A stretch of DNA of 64,000 nt from a virus, in IMG/VR virus record IMGVR_UViG_3300042563_002299, positions 1-64,000 of that record; one strand, given 5' to 3'. Shown one piece after another: positions 9,217-16,075 of this stretch. The translations under genes were made by a program, and so were the position numbers. The notes under the pieces were generated by a model, which was not told the origin of the DNA, searched no databases, and was given only the letters and a program-made list of their open reading frames with translations. Positions within the stretch are counted from its first letter, which is position 1. Each line of letters opens with the position of its first letter.

Positions 9217-9461
9217 TACGCGTTTCTAAATTTTTGTTCCCAAAATCCTCTTTGTTGGTACATTACCGTAAAGTATTCTTGGAATGATTTTATTATTATA
9301 TCTTTAACGTTTTTTTTAAGCCCTCCTCTTTGCATTTCTTTTGAAATGGTATCCAATAATTTGGTTTCAAATTGTTTTGCGGTATTTGAACCCATAAAAT
9401 CTTTAATCTCTTTTCTTATTAAAGTTTCAATTTCCTTCTTGTCTGATGATGTAAGTGCCAT
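9216..9461 (-). CDS. hypothetical protein
   Basis: 81 aa, stop/start overlaps with neighbours. Confidence 0.7.
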   Translation of the reverse strand: MALTSSDKKEIETLIRKEIKDFMGSNTAKQFETKLLDTISKEMQRGGLKKNVKDIIIKSFQEYFTVMYQQRGFWEQKFRNA

Positions 9462-9874
9462 TATTTAAAAAAAACAATATACGTTAATGGTGCAACAATT
9501 GCTCCTGATATTATATTGAAGATCGTGTTTTTAGTTTTTAATCTTTTATTATCGTCAGCTAATCTTTCGTTTTCTTCTTTATAGATTTTTACTTTTTCTT
9601 CGGTTTCAGAAATAATTTCTTTACTCAAAGAATCTTTTTCAACCCATGTTTGATTTATTTTGTTTAAGTAATCAATCTTATTAGTTAATTCAACAATTTC
9701 TTTCTTATCTAATTTTGATATTTCTTTCAATCTATCATAATCATTTAGTTCCAATAACATTTTTTGGGCAACACTATAAGGGATACTCATTTCTGAAGTA
9801 TCCTTAATTCCTTTTTGAGCATTTAAGGTTAACGAAATAAAACCATAAACTAAAACTAAAAATATTTTTTTCAT
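9461..9874 (-). CDS. signal peptide + coiled coil + C-terminal TM protein (spanin-like candidate)
   Basis: MKKIFLVLVYGFISLTLNA signal, heptad-rich middle, hydrophobic C-terminus. Confidence 0.5.
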   Translation of the reverse strand: MKKIFLVLVYGFISLTLNAQKGIKDTSEMSIPYSVAQKMLLELNDYDRLKEISKLDKKEIVELTNKIDYLNKINQTWVEKDSLSKEIISETEEKVKIYKEENERLADDNKRLKTKNTIFNIISGAIVAPLTYIVFFK

Positions 9875-9875
9875 A

Positions 9876-10229
9876 TTAAAAATTGTATCTACTTCTTAGC
9901 AAACTATCGATTTGTTTTTTGTCCGCATTTTTTATTTCTTCTTTCTTCTGAGTGTAATAGTTGTTTACCTCTTTTCTTTCAACCTTGATTTTTGAAATTT
10001 TTTCGTCTATCTCAGTTATCTTGTTTTGGTAAGTTTGAATTGAATCACTTAAACTTATTTGAAGATTTTTCATTTCCTCAATATGTTTATCAATTTGTTC
10101 TAACTTATATTTGTTAAGTTCTGACATGTCTGGTGCAGGCGTTAAAACTCGAACCAATAAATAAACGAAAATCACCCCCAGTAACCCAAGAGTGATATTC
10201 TTCCAATTTTTTGTTATAAACTCTTTCAT
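9876..10229 (-). CDS. N-terminal TM + coiled-coil protein (i-spanin-like candidate; start revised to 10229)
   Basis: MKEFITKNWKNITLGLLGVIFVYLLVRVL then coiled coil; ATGA overlap with the upstream gene. Confidence 0.5.
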   Translation of the reverse strand: MKEFITKNWKNITLGLLGVIFVYLLVRVLTPAPDMSELNKYKLEQIDKHIEEMKNLQISLSDSIQTYQNKITEIDEKISKIKVERKEVNNYYTQKKEEIKNADKKQIDSLLRSRYNF

Positions 10230-10819
10230 TCTTCTACGTCTTCTTGTCTTGAAGCCACGACTTTGCTCCATTTAGTTTTAAATTTTTCGTAATACGATCG
10301 TAATTTACCAATCATACCCATATAATCTTGGTCAACCTTAACCATATCACCTTTAACGTATAAACCATTTGGTTCGTTGATTGAGAAAAAGAATTCTAAA
10401 TCCAACTCTAAAATCTTACCACTCCATTCAACGTTCTCAGGATAAACATTTAAATCACCAAAGTCGGTTAACTCAGCAACTTCATTTCTAAACTCATCAA
10501 CACTTGATGTTAACGCGTTTTTTTCGTCAGTAGTTAATTGTAAATCCGCTTTTGTTTTACCATGTAGAATAATAATATTATTAATGATCCTATATGCCTT
10601 TTGTTTGTCTTCCTTATTAACAATCCCATTAGTGTCTTTTTCAGGTTCCTCTGTTGTTTTAACGCCCTCAATGTCAATTTCTTTTGTGTCCACAACATTT
10701 TGTTCTGTAAGTAAACCATATTGTTTACGAATGTCAGTAGTATTACTTTCATTCATATTACCAGCCAAAGCTCTTCTTGATGCTTCAACTAACATTTTTA
10801 TTTCATCGTAATTATTCAT
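10226..10819 (-). CDS. hypothetical protein
   Basis: 197 aa ORF. Confidence 0.75.
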   Translation of the reverse strand: MNNYDEIKMLVEASRRALAGNMNESNTTDIRKQYGLLTEQNVVDTKEIDIEGVKTTEEPEKDTNGIVNKEDKQKAYRIINNIIILHGKTKADLQLTTDEKNALTSSVDEFRNEVAELTDFGDLNVYPENVEWSGKILELDLEFFFSINEPNGLYVKGDMVKVDQDYMGMIGKLRSYYEKFKTKWSKVVASRQEDVEE

Positions 10820-11405
10820 TATCTAATAATTTGTTAAATTTTTCAAAATCAAATGCCGGACTTACATCGGTGGCAAATTCGTCGAAGTTTGATCTTGTTA
10901 TGATTCCCAAAAAAGATTCAACACCCCTAACTTTGGTATTGTGTCCCACACATCTGAGTTTGATTCCATGTTTTTCTGACAATTCTTTACAAAGTTCCGC
11001 AGTTTTTTCTAACTGAATGTCTGTATAAGGATGCCAAAAAAAGTAATCTCTCCACTTACGATCAACAACTTTCTCTTTATAAATATTACCAATCCAGTTT
11101 ATGTGATGTAGTTTTAATGGTTCTTTTTCTAACCAACCCAAATTTTCTAAAGAAATAACAATTGCCTTCCCATTAATTCTATCACTATTGGTGAATCTAC
11201 CATTAGTTGTGTCATTTAAAAGGTTAATAACTTTACCATCTCTACCCACAATATAGTGTGGTAATCTCACTGGTTTACCACCAAATCTATACTTTACCGA
11301 TACCATGTAATCAAACAAGGTTCTTGATGTGTGCGTCAACACAATTTGTACCTTCTTAAGATCTGTCTCAAACTTGGTATCAATAACATTATCAATAATA
11401 TCCAT
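10812..11405 (-). CDS. N-acetylmuramoyl-L-alanine amidase (Amidase_2-like), endolysin candidate
   Basis: IVLTHT, PHYIVGRDG, ISLE, YTDIQ, VGHN, DVSPAF motifs. Confidence 0.75.
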   Translation of the reverse strand: MDIIDNVIDTKFETDLKKVQIVLTHTSRTLFDYMVSVKYRFGGKPVRLPHYIVGRDGKVINLLNDTTNGRFTNSDRINGKAIVISLENLGWLEKEPLKLHHINWIGNIYKEKVVDRKWRDYFFWHPYTDIQLEKTAELCKELSEKHGIKLRCVGHNTKVRGVESFLGIITRSNFDEFATDVSPAFDFEKFNKLLDNE

Positions 11406-11407
11406 AC

Positions 11408-12601
11408 TTATTTTTTATAAGTTAAAATTCTTTTTTCAATCTCTTCGAGTTTTATGTTAAAAATTCTTTCATCAACTTCGTTTCCTTGATCATCGAATAT
11501 TGTTCCGTTGTCATTAACGTAATACTTGAAGGGTATTTCAAGGGGTACCTCGACCTCTTTAATCACTTCTACAGGAATTTCCCTAACCACCTCAACTATT
11601 CTATCCACAGGGACTTCAACTATTCTATCCACAGGGACTTCAACAATCCTTTCGACCTCAACAATTTTTTCAATAATTTCAGGTTCGACTTGGGGGGTGA
11701 CTTGGGGGGTGACTTGGGGGGTGGAATTAGCAAAATAACTTTCAGGAATTTCTATTTCATCATAGAATGGGTGTTCTTCCTCGTCCTCTTCTTCTTCCTT
11801 TTTCCCAATGTTTTTAAACGCTTGATTTGTTGCAATAACCAAAGCAATTGCCAAAGGGTCAAATACAAAAATTAATGTTAATATAAAAAAGTTCGCAGTT
11901 TTTTTAATATCCCAACCAGTAATTTCGCTTAAGTATTTAATTGCTCCCAATTCACCTGATTCAATTTCGGTGGAGGTTAAATTTAAAACTTCTAAATCTA
12001 AACTTGTAATACTATCATTTAACGACTCAATTTTTTTAGATATTACGTCCCTATTTACTTGAGCAACTTTTAACTGATCTTCAAACGCTCTTCTATTACC
12101 CCCATTAGCTCTTGTAACGACCTGTCCTGTTGTTCTGTCGATAGATTGGGTAGTTGTGTTATTAGATAAGGCATTTCGTAAGTTAGTGATGTCTTTATCC
12201 AAACCTTCTTTCTCACCTTGATAGTCCAATTTGATTTCTTCAAATCTTTCTTTCTTTACTTCAATATTTTCTATCTTTTTATTGTTAATCTCAAGCCCAG
12301 CAATGTTCTGTTGGAAACCTGTAGATAATAATCCGTAAATACCTATAGATGTAAGAACTGATAACACAAATAATGCTGTTGTAAGGTAAATCTTGAGTAG
12401 TCCGTATATTTCCTTCCATTTATCATGGAGATATGTCGCTATAGCAATTTTAGAAATCTCTAAAAAAGATCCCATAATAATCACGGGTAATGCTACCGCC
12501 GAGAAAATAATGGATAGACCTACTACACTATAGTAGGCTGCGGTTCCTGATAAACCTATTGCACAAAAAAGTAAAAACCAGGGTAAAAATTTCTTATTCA
12601 T
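11408..12601 (-). CDS. multi-TM coiled-coil membrane protein with TPQV and EVPV-type repeats
   Basis: 3 N-terminal TMs, coiled coil, FVFDPLAIAL TM, repeat tail; TATAAATA at ~12619. Confidence 0.75.
   Translation of the reverse strand: MNKKFLPWFLLFCAIGLSGTAAYYSVVGLSIIFSAVALPVIIMGSFLEISKIAIATYLHDKWKEIYGLLKIYLTTALFVLSVLTSIGIYGLLSTGFQQNIAGLEINNKKIENIEVKKERFEEIKLDYQGEKEGLDKDITNLRNALSNNTTTQSIDRTTGQVVTRANGGNRRAFEDQLKVAQVNRDVISKKIESLNDSITSLDLEVLNLTSTEIESGELGAIKYLSEITGWDIKKTANFFILTLIFVFDPLAIALVIATNQAFKNIGKKEEEEDEEEHPFYDEIEIPESYFANSTPQVTPQVTPQVEPEIIEKIVEVERIVEVPVDRIVEVPVDRIVEVVREIPVEVIKEVEVPLEIPFKYYVNDNGTIFDDQGNEVDERIFNIKLEEIEKRILTYKK
11687..11722 (+). repeat. perfect 12-bp tandem repeat GACTTGGGGGGT x3
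   Basis: read directly; encodes TPQV x3 on the minus strand. Confidence 0.95.
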
Positions 12602-12664
12602 TTAAATTGTTTTTAATATATAAATATCAAAATAATCAAATGGGGCGATAATGGAAACCCTATA

Positions 12665-12696
12665 AAAAATAAAACCCCCACCGGTACCAGTGGGGG
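12665..12696 (-). terminator. intrinsic terminator ending ncRNA-2 / sigma transcript
   Basis: CCCCCACUGG...CCGGUGGGGG followed by UUUUAUUUUUU. Confidence 0.85.
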
Positions 12697-12797
12697 AGTG
12701 TAATTTCATTCTACCGTATAGATAGAATTGAGGAGTTTCACCCTGGTGACTTCAGGCACCTTCCGCCGAGTTGTATGGGTAATCTCGGTTCAACCCT
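12670..12797 (-). ncRNA. structured small RNA, copy 2 (unrecognised family)
   Basis: minus strand AGGGUUGAA CCGAG-loop-CUCGG CGGAA GGUG-loop-CACC AGGG-loop-UCCU CA AUUCUAUC-loop-GGUAGAAU GAAAU + terminator; same layout as copy 1. Confidence 0.7.
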
Positions 12798-12798
12798 T

Positions 12799-13599
12799 TT
12801 ATAAATAATCAAACAACTCTGAAGATTCATTTCGTAATCTACGAAGTGCCTTCTCTTTAATCTGACGAACACGTTCTTTAGTTAAACCAAAGTCAGATCC
12901 AATGTCTTCCAAAGTACGGGGTGTACCGGTAATCCCAAAATAATCACCAACAATTACTCGTTCTCTGTCATCCAAACCATTCAAAAGACCCATAAGTTTG
13001 TCTTTAAGAACATCTTTGGTATTGAACGCCGCGTCAGGAGCCAAGGCATCTTTATTTTCAATCATATCAACCAATGTATCACCTTCATCGTTAATATTCA
13101 TATCAAGGTCTATAATTGAGGGTAGTGTTGAGAATTTGTCATCCAATTTCTTACCTGTTTGTTCAACCTCTTTCTTCGCCTTATGTAAATCCTGAACCAC
13201 ATTAACTGGTAGACGGATTGTTCGTGAGTTGTCGTTCAGTGATTGAATAATTGATTGTTTAACCCACCACACAGCGTAAGAAATGAAACGTAGGTCTTTA
13301 TGCCAATCAAAGTTTTTAATTGCTTTCATCAAACCTAAATTACCTTCAGCAATAAGATCCGACAAGTCCAAACCTTGATTTTGGTATTGTTTTGCCACCG
13401 TAATAACAAAACGTAAGTTTCCTGTCAAAAGCTCTTCCTCAATTTGTTGTTTCTCAATCAAGGTAAGATCGTTTGACTTCATTCGTGTTGCCAACAGACG
13501 TTCGCGTTCTGCTGTCATTACCTTAATTTTTCTAATGTCTTTAAGGTAATGGTAAATCTCATCCTGATTAATAGGTGCTCCTGTGTTTTTGTCCTTCAT
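12799..13599 (-). CDS. rpoD: RNA polymerase sigma-70 factor, RpoD/SigA family (Bacteroidota-like, lacking region 1.1)
   Basis: NLRFVITVAKQY, DLIAEGNLGL, FISYAVWW, RTIRLPVN, region 4 HTH TLEDIG..LTKERVRQIKEKAL. Confidence 0.92.
   Translation of the reverse strand: MKDKNTGAPINQDEIYHYLKDIRKIKVMTAERERLLATRMKSNDLTLIEKQQIEEELLTGNLRFVITVAKQYQNQGLDLSDLIAEGNLGLMKAIKNFDWHKDLRFISYAVWWVKQSIIQSLNDNSRTIRLPVNVVQDLHKAKKEVEQTGKKLDDKFSTLPSIIDLDMNINDEGDTLVDMIENKDALAPDAAFNTKDVLKDKLMGLLNGLDDRERVIVGDYFGITGTPRTLEDIGSDFGLTKERVRQIKEKALRRLRNESSELFDYL
12800..12807 (-). promoter_or_regulatory. TATTTATA motif overlapping the sigma stop codon, positioned to drive ncRNA-2
   Basis: same motif found before many late genes; here no ORF follows, only the RNA. 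Confidence 0.55.
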
Positions 13600-13608
13600 A
13601 TATGTTTA

Positions 13609-14133
13609 TTAAAGTGATTTTGAATATTCGTCTAATTTCTTTTTTTCTAATTCCGATAATGACTCAATACCTTCGTTTCCAATCTTATCAAGTAACTCAT
13701 CGAGAGTTAAATCGCAAACTTCAGGTCTTTTAAAATTAAAGATTATGTCTGCCATATCCATGAATGTGTTTTCTTTATTAAGACCCTTTGTTCTTAATTT
13801 GGGTGTTACCGGTTTAAGCATGTCTTTTGGTTTATTCTTCAAAGATAATAAATGTCTCATATTATCCTCATCAAAATTTGAACCTATGTTTCTTGGTTTT
13901 GGAATTAAGATGTATTCAAATTGTTGAATGTCAACCGCAACAATATCCATGAAATCTTTCATTTCATCGAAGGATAGATCTGATGCAAAATTGAAGATGG
14001 AGTGTAAGTCCCCATACATAAACTTGATTTCTTTTGATGTCATTACATCGGAAATAAATCCTCCGATTTCTTGTGTTTTTTCTTCTGAGTTTTTTACGTC
14101 TGTATTGTAATAAACAAAAAGTAAGTAATTCAT
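13609..14133 (-). CDS. hypothetical protein with C-terminal DUF6576-like motif
   Basis: LDELLDKIGNEGIESLSELEKKKL resembles the Bacteroidota DUF6576 tail. Confidence 0.6.
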   Translation of the reverse strand: MNYLLFVYYNTDVKNSEEKTQEIGGFISDVMTSKEIKFMYGDLHSIFNFASDLSFDEMKDFMDIVAVDIQQFEYILIPKPRNIGSNFDEDNMRHLLSLKNKPKDMLKPVTPKLRTKGLNKENTFMDMADIIFNFKRPEVCDLTLDELLDKIGNEGIESLSELEKKKLDEYSKSL

Positions 14134-14155
14134 ATGGGGTTTTTAAAATGTTCTA

Positions 14156-14188
14156 CAAATATACGGATAAAATTGGGATTGGTTTCAA
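14156..14188 (-). promoter_or_regulatory. Bacteroidota-type promoter TTTG-N21-TATATTTG
   Basis: consensus -33/-7 elements upstream of 14133 and rpoD. Confidence 0.6.
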
Positions 14189-14203
14189 AAAAATCAAACT
14201 TTT

Positions 14204-15376
14204 TTAGTTATGAAGATAAATAAAGTCTTTTTCTAAGAAAATTGAGTTCAGTTTACCAATTAAAGTCTTCGGGTGTTTTACATTTTCCTGTAATTTACCC
14301 GCGTTTTTCTTATATACCTTATTCTCTATTTGACTTCTTTCAATCTCGGCAATAATCTCTTCATCAACCGAAACATCAATCCAAGGTAATGTTAATAAGG
14401 AGCCTTTGGTGAGTGACATTGAACTGTCGTTTGTTCTCCACCACCAGTACAAGTACGAACTATTCAACAATATCAATGCTTTATTATAAGATTCCAAGTC
14501 TTTCATGAATATTTCAATCTGACCTGTTCTATCTAATTTTTCTGTTGAGGCACTTATAAAATATCTTGGTGAGTTCGCAATATATAACGGATACTCAGAA
14601 TAATCACATAAATAATTCGACAATAGTTTAGTGGTTTGTATGTATTTGTTGGTATTTTTTGATGTCTTGTAAAATATGTTTTCAGTAAGAATAGCATCAT
14701 CAATGTTATCCTCAATATTATCCAACATTTTTTTTCGGTCAGAACTTTTCCATCTAATTATACCGGTAGTCCTTCTATCATCATTATTATTATGTGTGAT
14801 AATAATTGAGACCCTAACACTCGCATCGTAAAAAATACAACCAGGAATATTATCGAAATGATATAAGTTTATCGCACTAAAGGTAAGAAGGTTTTTTCTT
14901 GTCTCTTTAAACTTTTTACCATTTGTAAATGAGAGCGGATTAATACTTACAAACCCTTTAGTTGTTTTGGATGCCTTATCTAAGAAATACGCGTATATAT
15001 CACTATCCCTGTATTTGAAGTAAGGTGGATTCATAATGATGTAATCTTCACCGAAATTGTATTCTAAAAAGTCCTCGTTAAAACTTTTAGGTTCCACACC
15101 AAATTTCTCTCTAAAATTACCTAACGCGATCTGTAATTGATTATTGTCTCTTTCATTAATGATCAATCTGTTTTTTACGAAATCAACAGGATCATCTTGT
15201 ATTGACGCTAAACATATAGATAATATACCCAACCCACAACAAGGGTCTAACCATACGCCTTTACCATCGTCAAATAATTTTGTTTTTTCAGACATAAAAA
15301 TAGAAATATCTTCTGGCGTATAAAAAACACCATTTTCTTTTTTTTCTGTTTCGTTGTATGGATTTTTAAAATTCAT
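14204..15376 (-). CDS. N6-adenine DNA methyltransferase, gamma class (type II R-M/Eco57I-like)
   Basis: GVFYTP motif X, LDPCCGLG motif I, IMNPPY motif IV, C-terminal LLNS. Confidence 0.88.
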   Translation of the reverse strand: MNFKNPYNETEKKENGVFYTPEDISIFMSEKTKLFDDGKGVWLDPCCGLGILSICLASIQDDPVDFVKNRLIINERDNNQLQIALGNFREKFGVEPKSFNEDFLEYNFGEDYIIMNPPYFKYRDSDIYAYFLDKASKTTKGFVSINPLSFTNGKKFKETRKNLLTFSAINLYHFDNIPGCIFYDASVRVSIIITHNNNDDRRTTGIIRWKSSDRKKMLDNIEDNIDDAILTENIFYKTSKNTNKYIQTTKLLSNYLCDYSEYPLYIANSPRYFISASTEKLDRTGQIEIFMKDLESYNKALILLNSSYLYWWWRTNDSSMSLTKGSLLTLPWIDVSVDEEIIAEIERSQIENKVYKKNAGKLQENVKHPKTLIGKLNSIFLEKDFIYLHN

Positions 15377-15422
15377 ATTTGTGATTATTATAGTATGTTT
15401 GTAAAAATTGGTGTATAAAAAA

Positions 15423-16055
15423 TTAACAACTTCCTTTGTCTTTTAAATTTAATTCAACATTTTCATTTTTATACATTATCTCGTATTTTAAATTATATTT
15501 TTTAATTAAATCAAAATTAATGGTAACACTATCCATTGTTTGTGTATATCCAACCATTTTTGATTGTTTCTCCTGCCTGATAATATCGTACATGTTTTTA
15601 AAGTTATCATCACATTTTATTAATACAGATAATAATTTATTGTTATTACCATCATAAACCGTACATAACGTGTCTTTAAGATCCTCTGTTTTTATTTTAT
15701 CGACTCTACCAAATTGTCCTAATGAAGTACATAAAGTTATCGAATAATTTCCATTCTTTTTTTTCCTATTTAGCGAAGCACTTTTTAAAGAATAGTTTTG
15801 TGAATCAGGACCATGAGCTTTAAATCCTCTATCATCTTCTAACCCTAAGTCTTCAAGTTGGGCAATTTCTCTATATTTAAAATTCCTAAAATATTTTTCA
15901 GGGACAATTGAAAAAACGACTCTGATTTTATCTCGAAAACTTAAATTAACAACTAATTCATTGACTTTTTTAATTACGTCATCAATAGATTGTGTTTCTA
16001 ACATTTTTTTATTATTAAATTCTTCCATTAATATTTTTTTAATTAAATTTTGCAT
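15423..16055 (-). CDS. hypothetical protein, putative PD-(D/E)xK restriction-type endonuclease
   Basis: adjacent to the MTase; GPDSQNYSLKS (PD..SxK-like); N-terminal LIKKILMEE; TATTTAT at 16060-16066. Confidence 0.4.
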   Translation of the reverse strand: MQNLIKKILMEEFNNKKMLETQSIDDVIKKVNELVVNLSFRDKIRVVFSIVPEKYFRNFKYREIAQLEDLGLEDDRGFKAHGPDSQNYSLKSASLNRKKKNGNYSITLCTSLGQFGRVDKIKTEDLKDTLCTVYDGNNNKLLSVLIKCDDNFKNMYDIIRQEKQSKMVGYTQTMDSVTINFDLIKKYNLKYEIMYKNENVELNLKDKGSC

Positions 16056-16075
16056 ACTAATAAATACAAATTATT

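Noticed and set aside
12670-12797. ncRNA-2 as a hammerhead or HDV-like/theta ribozyme (CUGAAG..GAAAC; GGGUUG/CAACUC followed by GG)
   Set aside because: The core is CUGAAGU rather than CUGAnGA, HDV P2/P3 cannot be built convincingly, and the paralogous copy lacks these elements. Self-cleavage still merits a test.
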